Notes: generated by a model not told the origin, from the sequence alone. 64,000 nt of DNA from Macrostomum lignano (GCA_002269645.1 NIVC01000535.1:1-64000), one strand, 5' to 3'. Shown: positions 47,215 through 60,833, counted from the first letter of the stretch. Numbers and translations are program-made.

Positions 47215-50200
47215 CTCCAGCTGTGGGATACGGCAGGCCAGGAGCGCTTCCGCCAGTCAATGCTGCCGCACTATTATCGCAACGTGCACGCAGTTGTGTT
47301 CGTCTATGACGTCACTAAACTAACGTCCTTTAATAATCTTGGCGGCTGGCTGCGTGAATGCGATCAGCACTATCTGCCGCCCGAGGTGCCCCGGCTGCTT
47401 ATTGGGAACAAGTGCGACGAGACGGCGCGTGTTAGCACTCAGGTGAGCTTATACCATCCAGTGCAGTTCCCTTAGGGAAGCTTTACCATCCAGTGCAGTT
47501 CCCTTAGGGAAGCTTTACCATCCAGTGCAGTTCCCTTAGGGAAGCTTTACCATCCAGTGCAGTTCCCTTAGGGAAGCTTTACCATCCAGTGCAGTTCCCT
47601 TAGGGAAGCTTTACCATCCAGTGCAGTTCCCTTAGGGAAGCTTTACCATCCAGTGCAGTTCCCTTAGGGAAGCTTTACCATCCGGTGCAGTTCCCTTAGG
47701 GAAGCTTTACCATCCAGTGCAGTTCCCTTAGGGAAGCTTTACCATCCAGTGCAGTTCCCTTAGGGAAGCTTTACCATCCAGTGCAGTTCCCTTAGGGAAG
47801 CTTTACCATCCAGTGCAGTTCCCTTAGGGAAGCTTTACCATCCGGTGCAGTTCCCTTAGGGAAGCTTTACCATCCAGTGCAGTTCCCTTAGGGAAGCTTT
47901 ACCATCCAGTGCAGTTCCCTTAGGGAAGCTTTACCATCCAGTGCAGTTCCCTTAGGGAAGCTTTACCATCCAGTGCAGTTCCCTTAGGGAAGCTTTACCA
48001 TCCGGTGCAGTTCCCTTAGGGAAGCTTTACCATCCAGTGCAGTTCCCTTAGGGAAGCTTTACCATCCAGTGCAGTTCCCTTAGGGAAGCTTTACCATCCA
48101 GTGCAGTTCCCTTAGGGAAGCTTTACCATCCAGTGCAGTTCCCTTAGGGAAGCTTTACCATCCGGTGCAGTTCCCTTAGGGAAGCTTTACCATCCGGCGC
48201 AGTTCCCTTAGGGAAGCTTTACTATCCAGTGCAGTTCCCTTAGGGAAGCTTTACCATCCGGCGCAGTTCCCTTAGGGAAGCTTTACTATCCAGTGCAGTT
48301 CCCTTAGGGAAGCTTTACCATCCAGTGCTGAAGCTTTACCATCCAGTGCAGTTCCCTTAGGGAAGCTTTACCATCCGGTGCAGTTCCCTTAGGGAAGCTT
48401 TACCATCCAGTGCTGAAGCTTTACCATCCGGTGCAGTTCCCTTAGGGAAGCTTTACCATCCAGTGCAGTTCCCTTAGGGAAGCTTTACCATCTGGTGCAG
48501 TTCCCTTAGGGAAGCTTTACCATCCGGTGCAGTTCCCTTAGGGAAGCTTTACCATCCAGTGCTGAAGCTTTACCATCCGGTGCAGTTCCCTTAGGGAAGC
48601 TTTACCATCCAGTGCAGTTCCCTTAGGGAAGCTTTACCATCCAGTGCAGTTCCCTTAGGGAAGCTTTACAATCCGGTGCAGTTCCCTTAGGGAAGCTTTA
48701 CCATCCAGTGCTGAAGCTTTACCATCCGGTGCAGTTCCCTTAGGGAAGCTTTACCATCCAGTGCAGTTCCCTTAGGGAAGCTTTACCATCCAGTGCTGAA
48801 GCTTTACCATCCGGTGCAGTTCCCTTAGGGAAGCTTTACCATCCAGTGCTGAAGCTTTACCATCCGGTGCAGTTCCCTTAGGGAAGCTTTACCATCCGGT
48901 GCAGTTCCCTTAGGGAAGCTTTACCATCCAGTGCTGAAGCTTTACCATCCGGTGCAGTTCCCTTAGGGAAGCTTTACCATCCAGTGCAGTTCCCTTAGGG
49001 AAGCTTTACCATCCAGTGCAGTTCCCTTAGGGAAGCTTTACCATCCGGTGCAGTTCCCTTAGGGAAGCTTTACCATCCGGTGCAGTTCCCTTAGGGAAGC
49101 TTTACCATCCAGTGCAGTTCCCTTAGGGAAGCTTTACCATCCAGTGCAGTTCCCTTAGGGAAGCTTTACCATCTGGTGCAGTTCCCTTAGGGAAGCTTTA
49201 CCATCCAGTGCAGTTCCCTTAGGGAAGCTTTACCATCCGGTGCAGTTCCCTTAGGGAAGCTTTACCATCCGGTGCAGTTCCCTTAGGGAAGCTTTACCAT
49301 CCAGTGCAGTTCCCTTAGGGAAGCTTTACCATCCGGTGCAGTTCCCTTAGGGAAGCTTTACCATCCAGTGCTGAAGCTTTACCATCCGGTGCAGTTCCCT
49401 TAGGGAAGCTTTACCATCCAGTGCAGTTCCCTTAGGGAAGCTTTACCATCCGGTGCAGTTCCCTTAGGGAAGCTTTACCATCTGGTGCAGTTCCCTTAGG
49501 GAAGCTTTACCATCCAGTGCAGTTCCCTTAGGAAAGCTTTACCATCCGGTGCAGTTCCCTTAGGGAAGCTTTACCATCTGGTGCAGTTCCCTTAGGGAAG
49601 CTTTACCATCCAGTGCTGAAGCTTTACCATCCGGTGCAGTTCCCTTAGGGAAGCTTTACCATCCAGTGCAGTTCCCTTAGGCAAGCTTTACCATCCGGTG
49701 CAGTTCCCTTAGGGAAGCTTTACCATCTGGTGCAGTTCCCTTAGGGAAGCTTTACCATCCAGTGCAGTTCCCTTAGGGAAGCTTTACCATCCAGTGCATT
49801 TCTCTTAGGGAAGCTTTAACATCCAGTGCTGAAGCTGTACCATCCGGTGCAGTTCCTCATAGTAACTCATTACACGCAATAATCATGGGCCAATCCAGGC
49901 TGCTCAGCGCTTCGCCGACCAGCACAGCATGCCGGTATTTGAGACCAGCGCCAAAGACGACTCCCGGTCCGACCACGTTGAATCGATATTTTTAACCCTG
50001 GCCCACAAGCTTGTTACTAGCAGGCCGCTGATGACTCGCTCCTATAGCGAAGTGATGAACGATTCCAGCGTCAGTCTGCACAAGCATCGCAACGGTAGCG
50101 GCGGTCGTCGGCGAAGGTCAACGTCGGCGTCTGTCAATGGACGAGGCGTGAACGACACTTCGGCCTACTATGCGGTTGAATCGTCAGAAGAAGAAGAGGA

Positions 50201-50216
50201 ATTCTGCGGTTGCTAA
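47215..50216 (+). CDS. RAB33: Rab33 small GTPase, 5'-partial; exons 47215-47442 and 49899-50216
   Basis: [71 protein letters not shown]-terminal CGC prenylation motif; phase-0 GT-AG intron. G1/G2 exon not located. Confidence 0.9.
47450..49855. repeat. 32-bp minisatellite (with 21-bp deletion variants) filling the Rab33 intron
   Basis: Unit CCATCCAGTGCAGTTCCCTTAGGGAAGCTTTA. Confidence 0.97.
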
Positions 50217-50423
50217 AATATATACTCGTTTTAGCCTACTTGACTAGTAGCAATGACAATATTTTTTTCGCCAAAGTATTGGTATCTAACTGAAGGAGTA
50301 TTGTGCTTCTATGAAATCTTGCTGCTTTTAATCTGTGCATTATTTATATATTAGATGTATAAGGCCAAAGACAGTTTACTGTACGACTGTACTGTACGAG
50401 TCCTTTGGACGTTAGGCTTTTAA

Positions 50424-51930
50424 ATACACTATTAGATAGAATGCTTGGGTCATACACTATTAGATAGAATGCTTGGGTCATACACTATTAGATAGAATGC
50501 TTGGGTCATACACTATTAGATAGAATGATTGGGTCATACACTATTAGATAGAATGATTGGGTCATACACTATTAGATAGAATGATTGGGTCATACACTAT
50601 TAGATAGAATTCTTGGGTCATACACTATTAGATAGAATGATTGGGTCATACACTATTAGATAGAATGATTGGGTCATACACTATTAGATAGAATGATTGG
50701 GTTATACACTATTAGATAGAATGATTGGGTCATACACTATTAGATAGAATGATTGGGTCATACACTATTAGATAGAATGATTGGGTCATACACTATTAGA
50801 TAGAATGATTGGGTCATACACTATTAGATAGAATGATTGGGTCATACACTATTAGATAGAATGATTGGGTCATACACTATTAGATAGAATTCTTGGGTCA
50901 TACACTATTAGATAGAATGATTGGGTCATACACTATTAGATAGAATGATTGGGTCATACACTATTAGATAGAATGATTGGGTCATACACTATTAGATAGA
51001 ATGATTGGGTCATACACTATTAGATAGAATTCTTGGGTCATACACTATTAGATAGAATGATTGGGTCATACACTATTAGATAGAATGATTGGGTTATACA
51101 CTATTAGATAGAATGATTGGGTCATACACTATTAGATAGAATGATTGGGTCATACACTATTAGATAGAATGATTGGGTCATACACTATTAGATAGAATTC
51201 TTGGGTCATACACTATTAGATAGAATGATTGGGTCATACACTATTAGATAGAATGATTGGGTCATACACTATTAGATAGAATGCTTGGGTCATACACTAT
51301 TAGATAGAATGATTGGGTCATACACTATTAGATAGAATGATTGGGTCATACACTATTAGATAGAATGCTTGGGTCATACACTATTAGATAGAATGATTGG
51401 GTCATACACTATTAGATAGAATGATTGGGTCATACACTATTAGATAGAATGATTGGGTCATACACTATTAGATAGAATGATTGGGTCATACACTATTAGA
51501 TAGAATGATTGGGTTATAGACTACTGGAACGAATGATTGGGCCATAAAGTATTAGATTGAATGATTTGACCACAGACTATTAGATAAAATAATTGAGCCA
51601 TCGACTATTAATTAGAATGATTGGGCATAAGCCTTAGACTATAGGATAAAGATTGAGCCATAGACTATTAAATAGAATAATTGGACCATAGACTATTGGA
51701 TAGAATGATTGGACCATAGACTATTGGATAGAATGATTGGACCATAGACTATTGGATAGAATAATTGGACCATAGACTATTGGATAGAATGATTGGACCA
51801 TAGACTATTGGATAGAATGATTGGACCATAGACTATTGGATAGAATGATTGGACCATAGACTATTGGATAGAATGATTGGACCATAGACTATTGGATAGA
51901 ATGATTGGACCATAGACTATTGGATAGAAT
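50424..51930. repeat. 28-bp minisatellite, two sub-blocks
   Basis: TACACTATTAGATAGAATGATTGGGTCA then TAGACTATTGGATAGAATGATTGGACCA. Confidence 0.96.
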
Positions 51931-52989
51931 GATTTGCTATAGACTAATTGATAGAGATAGGCTATTGCATACTATTGTATAGTGATTGGGCCAAAGACTT
52001 AAGAGTGTTTTATAACTTTTGCCCGCTTATTATTGGTTGATTTAGTGTTAAAAAGTTCTGTACAGTTTCAGTTTCATTTCATTCTATAAGTATCAATGTT
52101 TATTCCATTAAATTTTAACACGTTTTTTGTTTAAAATGAACTTGTAGCATCTGCTTGAATGTTTCACTCACTACTTCTGGTAGCATGATGTGCTTATTTT
52201 ATTCAGTAACATATCGGTTTCACCTTGAGCTTAGGAATGTCACCCAGTGTAAAATTGTCTTAAACTTGGCGAAAATCATGCTATTGTCACAATCCTTACT
52301 GACTATTCCATAGCGTCGTTTTTATTTTAAAATTCAAGCAAACTTTATAAACTTTTTTCACTACTCGGTTCAAAATTGCTAATTAATTTGCGTATTTTAC
52401 TGCATTTATAGCAATTTATATTTATTCTCGTGCCTACTACTTATGGTCATTAGTAAATCAGTAGTAGACGCGTGTTTGCCCACTTTTTTCTATTGGTAAT
52501 GCAGGTAATGCCTTGATCTATTTGCCTTTTGGAAATCCGGTTTTCTTCTTATCTTCCAGAGCTATCGTGTTGATTTTTTATGCTGCTGTTCCTTGTCAAT
52601 TTTTTATGAAGTTATTAATCCCCTTGTAAATTCTTGTCGCTAATAAATTTTCTAATTTCCTTTTTTATTGTCTTTCTTCATATGTTGTTGTTTTACTGCA
52701 TAAGTAAATATTAGTTCTGATTGGCAGTTCTTAGCAGCACCATTTTTTTCGTTTGTTCTTTTTTTCTCTGTCGTTCACTATTGTTAATTAAACTGTTTAA
52801 ATTGTTTAAAATCATTTTCAAGTACAGTTCGGCATTGACATTTTAAATAAAAAATCCGCTCGCATCTCTTTACAAGCAATTTTTCCTGCTAGCCTACTAT
52901 AGAGTAGGCTTTGTAGTTTATTATTCTTTTGAGTCTCGTTGGATTGGTTAGGATTTAGTTAGTAACATAAAAGCAGCAACTGTAGCAGC

Positions 52990-53225
52990 ACAAAAGATGC
53001 TGCTCTGAAGGCTGCGTACGGCTGTTCAGGACAAAGTCTTGGGGGGGGGGGTTCGCAACACACCCTCAGTTACTCCAGCTGGCACTTATTATACAGCTGG
53101 TTGAACTGAAACATTGCAGAGTTGCGTGTCTTGCTCAAGGGCACAAATTGTTCGGATTGGGTCGAGATTCGAACCCCCGACCTCTTGTTTTTGAGTCTGA
53201 CACTGGCCACTAGGCTACAACGCCT
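52990..53225 (-). mobile_element. tRNA-derived SINE, best-preserved copy
   Basis: Minus strand GGCGTTGTAGCCTAGTGG (A box TAGCCTAGTGG), GGTTCGAATCT (B box), then CCTTGAGCAAGACAC CORE-like block. Confidence 0.8.
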
Positions 53226-53229
53226 TTAC

Positions 53230-54230
53230 TGGGCTACAACCCCTCACAAGGCTGCAACCCCTTCACTAGGCTACAGCCCCTCACTAGGCTACAACCACTC
53301 ACTAGGCTACAACCCATCACTAGGCTACAACCCCTCACTAGGCTACAACCCATCACTAGGCTACAACCCCTCACTAGGCTACAACCCATCACTAGGCTAC
53401 AACCCCTCACTAAGCTACAACCCCTCACTAGGCTACAACCCATCACTAGGCTACAGCCCCTCACTAAGCTACAACCCCTCACTAGGCTACAACCACTCAC
53501 TAGGCTACAACCCATCACTAGGCTACAACCCCTCACTAGGCTACAACCCATCACTAGGCTACAACCCCTCACTAGGCTACAGCCCCTCACTAGGCTACAA
53601 CCCATCACTAGGCTACAACCCCTCACTAGGCTACAACCCATCACTAGGCTACAACCCCTCACTAGGCTACAACCCATCACTAGGCTACAACCCCTCACTA
53701 GGCTACAACCCATCACTAGGCTACAACCCCTCACTAGGCTACAGCCCCTCACTAGGCTACAACCCCTCACTAGGCTACAACCCCTCACTAGGCTACAGCC
53801 CCTCACTAGGCTACAACCCCTCACTAGGCTACAACCCCTCACTAGGCTACAGCCCCTCACTAGGCTACAACCCCTCACTAGGCTACAACCCCTCACTAGG
53901 CTACAACCCATCACTAGGCTACAACCCATCACTAGGCTACAACCCATCACTAGGCTACAACCCATCACTAGGCTACAACCCCTCACTAGGCTACAACCCT
54001 CACTAGGCTACAACCCCTCACTAAGCTACAGCCCCTCACTAGGCTACAACCCATCACTAGGCTACAACCCCTCACTAGGCTACAACCCATCACTAGGCTA
54101 CAACCCCTCACTAGGCTACAACCCATCACTAGGCTACAACCCATCACTAGGCTACAACCCATCACTAGGCTACAACCCATCACTAGGCTACAACCCCTCA
54201 CTAGGCTACAACCCTCACTAGGCTACAACC
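53230..54230. repeat. 18-bp minisatellite derived from SINE A-box
   Basis: Unit CCC(C/A)TCACTAGGCTACAAC-type, abutting the SINE 5' end. Confidence 0.96.
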
Positions 54231-54404
54231 TCGATATACTCAGGGCTGAAACTTCATCACATTGCTTCTCTGACCGAAAGTCGAACCCGGGGCACGTCTG
54301 TACGAAAGCCGCAACTACAAGCTGTGAAGGGTCTCTGTGGGATCAATTTCTTTTGAAATTTGCTCAAGCCGATTCTGGATACTCTGCACTGTTACTTCCG
54401 CTTC

Positions 54405-57400
54405 ATGGCGGGCTTCACTCTGCAGCAGCCAATTGAAGAGCAGCTGCGCACACCGGCTCAGCTAGCCTACATCAAGGAGCTGCTCAATGGCAGACTGTTT
54501 GCTCCTAGTAGCAGTAGCGGCGGCAGCACAGGTGGGCTCAGCTTCGATCCCGAGCGGTGCTCCGTCCTGCTGCTGCACGCGGGCCCGATTCGTCGGGAGA
54601 GTCAACAGCCGGCCGCTTCCTCGTCGATGCTGGCAGCTGCGGCTAGCGGCAACGACGCGCCAAGGATTGGCGGCGGCGTTTTGGAGATGGATTCGTCAGT
54701 CATGTCGATGTCGGACGTTGACGACGATCTTGACGACGATCAGCGTGGGCCGCTTCGATTGAATAAAATCGCCGACCTCAGCGGCGTCGGGCCCTGTCTG
54801 GAGCCGCCGGCTACGCCTGCCGATGGACTCGGCGACGATCCCGATGCTGCCGCAGGCGACGACTCGATGGCCAGCCTGGCCGACCAGCTGAGCGCCCGGC
54901 TGCCCTTCAGGCCGCTCAGCCTCGCCGCGGCCAATGTCGCCCTGGCCGAGCGGGCCGCCGCCCTGGCCAGTGGCAGCGGCGTCCAGCAACAGGTCTGTTG
55001 TGTTTATGACCCTCTGTTGTATTTATGACCCTCCGTTGTATTTATGACCCTCCGTTGTGTTTATGACCCTCTGTTGTGCTTATGACCCTCCGTTGTGTTT
55101 ATGACCCTCTGTTGTATTTATGACCCTCTGTTGTGTTTATGACCCTCTGTTGTATTTATGACCCTCCGTTGTATTTATGACCCTCTGTTGTGTTTATGAC
55201 CCTCTGTTGTATTTATGACCCTCCGTTGTATTTATGACCCTCCGTTGTGTTTATGACCCTCTGTTGTGCTTATGACCCTCCGTTGTGTTTATGACCCTCT
55301 GTTGTATTTATGACCCTCTGTTGTGTTTATGACCCTCTGTTGTATTTATGACCCTCCGTTGTATTTATGACCCTCCGTTGTGTTTATGACCCTCTGTTGT
55401 GCTTATGACCCTCCGTTGTGTTTATGACCCTCTGTTGTATTTATGACCCTCTGTTGTGTTTATGACCCTCTGTTGTATTTATGACCCTCCGTTGTATTTA
55501 TGACCCTCCGTTGTATTTATGACCCTCCGTTGTGTTTATGACCCTCTGTTGTGCTTATGACCCTCCGTTGTGTTTATGACCCTCCGTTGTATTTATGACC
55601 CTCCGTTGTGTTTATGACCCTCTGTTGTGCTTATGACCCTCCGTTGTGTTTATGACCCTCTGTTGTATTTATGACCCTCTGTTGTGTTTATGACCCTCTA
55701 TTGTGCTTATGACCCTCCGTTGTATTTATGACCCTCCGTTGTATTTATGACCCTCCGTTGTATTTATGACCCTCCGTTGTATTTATGACCCTCCGTTGTA
55801 TTTATGACCCTCCGTTGTATTTATGACCCTCCGTTGTATTTATGACCCTCTGTTGTATTTATGACCCTCCGTTGTATTTATGACCCTCCGTTGTATTTAT
55901 GACCCTCCGTTGTATTTATGACCCTCCGTTGTATTTATGACCCTCCGTTGTATTTATGACCCTCCGTTGTAGTTATGACCCTCCGTTGTATTTATGACCC
56001 TCCGTTGTGTTTATGACTCTCCGTTGTATTTATGACCCTCCGTTGTGTTTATGACTCTCCGTTGTATTCATGACCCTCCGTTGTCGTTGTGTTTATGACA
56101 CTCTGTTGTGCTTATGACCCTCTGTTGTGTTTATGACTCTCTGTTGTGTTTATGACCCTCTATTGTGCTTATGACCCTCTATTGTGCTTATGACCCTCTA
56201 TTGTGCTTATGACCCTCCGTTGTATTTATGACCCTCCATTGTGCTTATGACCCTCTGTTGTGTTTATGACCCTCTATTTTGTTTACGACCCTCTGTTGTG
56301 TTTATGACCCTCTGTTGTGCTTATGACCCTCTATTGTGTTTACGACCCTCTGTGTGTTTATGATTCTGTTGTGTTTATGAGCCTCAGTAAGCTTTTCCCA
56401 CCCTCAACATTTGCAGTCTTATTATATTATCCTTTCTGAAGTACATCTGTATAATACTATTAAGTATGAGCCTTAATTAACTGGCATATGGCAACTCTCC
56501 GCGCACTGCTCAGCAGGTCATTCTGGCGCTCTGCTTGGCTGAGTCTCCCACCGACCCGCTGCTCCGCGGCCTCATTGTGGAGCCGGGCAGGCGGGCCACC
56601 GTTGCTGCCGCCTCAACTACTCAACCGCCTGCTCAGCAGCCGCCGAAGACTCAGCAGGTTCGAATTCTCAGCCTGCGAGAACTGGCCTGCGCTCAACCGC
56701 GAGACCGCCTGCCCAGCCTCGATGAGCTGCTTGATCGACTCGCCGGAGCGCCGCTGCTGCCCGCGCCGCAGTTCGACGTCCGCGCCACCTACCTGCTGTT
56801 CAGCTCCGGCGATCACGACGGCACCCAGGTGACGTTCTGCGCCACTTATCCCGGAGCTCATTGTGCCAGGCTGTTCGAGCCGCCTCCCAGGCTGTGCAAT
56901 CCGCTCGGCTGTTTGAGCGTGCGGCCTCGGCCCTGGTTACCGGGCAGCTGCGCCAGATACCTGGCTGCCCACCTGGCCGTGTTGAAACAGCTCCACGGAG
57001 CCGTTGAACGAGAGGAGCGCGTCTGGAGTCTCACTGGTCGGGCTGCTGGCACTTTCCAAAGCTTTGCTACTCGATTGGCTGGACTGCTCAGGTGAGTCAG
57101 GCTCGTCAGTTCGATGATTGTCTGACATTGATTTTGTCAGATTTAAATTTTTGTTGGCATTTGTTTTGCCAGATTTATTCAATGTGTCAAATCAACAAGC
57201 CTATGATTGTCAGTCAGGCATTTGATTGTCAGCCAATGTCATGTAGGACCCATGCAATTGTCAGACGATGTCATGTCAGACCCATGCGATTGTCAGACGA
57301 TGTCATGTCAGACCCATGCAATTGTCAGACGATGTCATGTCAGACCCATGCAATTGTCAGACGATGTCATGTCAGACCCGTGCGATTGTCAGACAATGTC

Positions 57401-60200
57401 ATGTCAGACCCATGCAATTGTCAGAGGATGTCAGGCCGCCAGTACCAAAAAAGCTACGCCCAAATCCCGCAGATCACTGAACATCGAGGTGCCGCCTCAG
57501 CTGTTGTCAGCGGCCGAGGCCGGCAGCGGAGGTGGCGCAGACGCTCAGCCGCTCGGCGACCTGACGAACAACTTGAACAACGCTTCAGTGGTGAGTCATC
57601 TGCCCACCGGCCACGCCGCCGCCCCGTCCGCCAACGCCGCCGTCGCTGCGGCTGCCGCTGCCGCTGCCGCTTCCGGCGGCGGCATTGAAGAAGAATTCGA
57701 AGCGGATGGCGACGGCGAGATTTGTCGATTGCTGCGCAGTAGAAAACCGGATTTGGTTGAGCTGCTTTGGCTGCTGGCCAGGGATGTGCAGTGCGCCGCC
57801 AGTCTCAGGCGCTGCTTTGAGCTCTACCTGCGGGTGGTCAACACCTGCTCGGGTGAGTTCCGTAGCTTAGAAAGGTCTAATCTCTGGGCATCTCCTTTGT
57901 TATCTCACTGAATCAGTTTATCTCTGGCATTCTCCATTAACAGCTTTGAGAATCTCTATCGACAGTTCTGGAAGTCCCTATTCGTAGACTTAGAAATACC
58001 TTACGACATCTCTGGGAATCCCCATCCACATCCCTGGGAATCCCCATCCACATCCCTGGGAATCCCTATCGACATTTTTGGGAATCCCTATCGACATCTT
58101 TGGAAATCCCTATGGAAATTTGTGGGAATCCCCATCCAGATCTCTGGGAACCCCATCCACATCCCTGAAAATCCCCATCCACATCCCTGGGAATCCCTAT
58201 CGACATTTTTGGGAATCCCTGTCGACATCTTTGGGAATCCCTATCGAAATTTGTGGGAATCCCCATCCAGATCTCTGGGAACCCCATCCACATCCCTGAG
58301 AATCCCCATCCAAATCCCTGGGGATCCCTATTGACATTTTTTGGAATCCTCATTCACATACCTGGGAAACCCCATCCACATCCTTAGGAATCCTCATCCA
58401 CATACCTAGAATCCCCATCCACATCCCTGGGAATCCCCATCCACATACCTGGAATTCCCTACCTACATCTCTTGGAATCCCCATCCACATCATCTCTGGG
58501 AATCCCTATCGAAATTTGTAGGAATCCCCATCCACATCCCAATCGACATCTTTGGAATTCCCAGCAGTAACTCAGGAAATCTCTAATACCCCAAAATGTG
58601 ATGTCAGTTTGCAGTGTAGCTGTTCCCCCTTTAAGGCTTTCGCTCCGCCTACCAGCTGCACCAGCGCAACTGGACCCAGCTGGCCCGCTGCGTGCGCTCC
58701 CAACAGTCCAGCCTGGACTCATTCAGCTGCCCGCATCTGCTGCTGCAACTGGGCGCCTATCGGCTGCAAGAGAGCCTGGTGCACCTGCTGGTGTGCGCCC
58801 ACCCCATGCTGGACACCCAGCAGCTGGCCGAGTTCGCCGCCGGCCCAGCTTTCGACTGCGCCATCCCGGCCCGGCTGGAGCGGCTGGACCGCCTGCTGCA
58901 TCTCTGCGAGGCCGCCTTCTCTCTGGCTAGGAGCTGCCTGCCGGCCGCCAGGTGAGACAGACGCTAAGGCAGACACTAAGGCAGACACTAAGGCAGACAC
59001 TAAGGCAGACACTAAGGCAGACACTAGGACAGACACTAAGGCAGACACTAAGACAGACACTAGGACAGACACTAAGGCAGACACTAAGACAGACACCGCA
59101 ACAGACACTAAGACAGACACTAAGGCAGACACTGCAACAGACACTAAGGCAGACACTAAGACAGACACCGCAACAGACACTAAGACAGACACTAAGGCAG
59201 ACACTAAGACAGACACTAAGACAGACACCGCAACAGACACTAAGACAGACACTAAGACAGACACTAAGGCAGACACTAAGACAGACACCGCAACAGACAC
59301 TAAGACAGACACTAAGGCAGACACTAAGACAGACACTGCAACAGACACTAAGGCAGACACTAAGACAGACACTGCAACAGACACTAAGGCAGACACTAAG
59401 ACAGACACTGCAACAGACACTAAGGCAGACACTAAGACAGACACTAAGGCAGACACTAAGACAGACACTGCAACAGACACTAAGGCAGACACTAAGGCAG
59501 ACACTAAGACAGACACTAGGACAGACACTAAGGCAGACACTAAGACAGACACTAAGACAGACACTAAGGCAGACACTAAGGCAGACACTAAGGCAGACAC
59601 TAAGGCAGACACTAAGGCAGACACTAAGGCAGACACTGCAACAGACACTGCAACAGACACTGCAACAGACACTAAGGCAGACACTAAGACAGACACTAAG
59701 ACAGACACTAAGGCAGACACTAAGACAGACACTAAGGCAGACACTAAGGCAGACACTAAGACAGACACTAAGGCAGACACTAAGACAGACACTGCAACAG
59801 ACACTAAGGCAGATACCCTTGCTCCCCCCTCAGAGTGGGCAAGCTCGTGCGCGAATTCCTGAGCCTGCTGGCAGCCGGCCGGGGCAACCACTTGGAATTC
59901 ACCGCCGACGTCGAAGCCAACGAAGCCGGCTGTGAGCTGCCGCTGCGCTGGGAGCTGCTGGCCGACCAGCGCGCCGGCCGGGCCTGCCAGGCCAGCCGCG
60001 TCGTTATCGAGGCCTGCCGACGTCGCCGCTTCCGTCAGCGCGCCGGCCGTCAAGTTGGCAAGATTGACGACATCATTGACGGCGACTGCGGTGTCGTCGG
60101 AGCCGGCGCTGCTGCCGTCTACCGCTGCTCGGTGGGCACCGACTGCCGGCTGGCCGCGCGCTCCGGCGGCGCCCTGCCCGCCGATGTTGTCGACGAATGA
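54405..60200 (+). CDS. ZWILCH: probable Zwilch (RZZ kinetochore complex); exons 54405-54992, 56517-57091, 57425-57852, 58636-58951, 59834-60200 (2274 nt, ~757 aa)
   Basis: Phase-consistent GT-AG model; C-terminal half resembles Zwilch from memory: PDLVELLW..SLRRCFELYL (cf. DLDFAEQLW..LVKCFTLII), LHQRNWTQLARCV (cf. LHSGSNSLLSKLI), LLQLGAYRLQES (cf. LLEIGLDKLKKD), RLERLDRLLHLCE, P-x-RW. Not confirmed by search. Confidence 0.6.
54995..56380. repeat. 19-bp minisatellite in Zwilch intron 1
   Basis: Unit TATTTATGACCCTCCGTTG, starting right after the donor. Confidence 0.96.
57235..57432. repeat. 32-bp minisatellite at the 3' end of Zwilch intron 2
   Basis: Unit GATGTCATGTCAGACCCATGCAATTGTCAGAC, ~6 copies. 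Confidence 0.9.
58010..58560. repeat. ~22-bp degenerate minisatellite in Zwilch intron 3
   Basis: GGGAATCCCCATCCACATCCCT-based units. Confidence 0.88.
58955..59812. repeat. 12-bp minisatellite filling Zwilch intron 4
   Basis: Units AGACACTAAGGC / AGACACTAAGAC / AGACACTGCAAC. Confidence 0.96.
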
Positions 60201-60833
60201 CAAAATGAAGATTGGTCCTATAGAAATTTGTGCTTTACAAAGTTAACTACGCAACATATCGTTAGTTTAAAAAATCCTAATGTCTATCGCAGTCGAAAGC
60301 TTCAGAAACTTTATTATAACTCAACCAGCTGTTTTCCAACTCATTAACGCATACAACGTGTTGCATTTTGTTATAATTTATTTAACTAAAGCTACAATCG
60401 GTTTGCAATTATTATATTATTTTTATTACAATTTTCGCATTTTTGTTTACCTTCTATTTTGGTTCATTCTAGCAACATAATATTTATGGGTTTGACGATT
60501 TCTAATCTGCAGTCTATGCGCTTAATTTATTTATCTGTATCTACGGCTAGCTTTTCTCTGCCAGATTTGCTCGCTCTATTCTTTACCTGCACATGATTCG
60601 GGAATCGCATTGAAAAGTTAACACCAAGACGGTCACAACTCAATAATTAATGCTCTTGTTGTCTGTGTGTCATTTTGTCTCTTAAAATCTTGATTTGTTA
60701 ATTTAGCTGACTGGCTATCCAGCCACAGTATAGTTTACCCAGACGCAGCTACATGTATCTATCAATTGGGTAAAAGCTGCATAGCTTGATGTAGATGCAA
60801 ATTCGCCGACCGTTTTTCCCAATTCCAGTCCGA

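Noticed and set aside
53160-53225. tRNA gene
   Set aside because: A and B boxes present but no closing acceptor stem and it continues into a repeated SINE body.
54245-54330. tRNA-like sequence on minus strand
   Set aside because: CCCCGGGTTCGA only; too degenerate to call beyond possible second SINE family.
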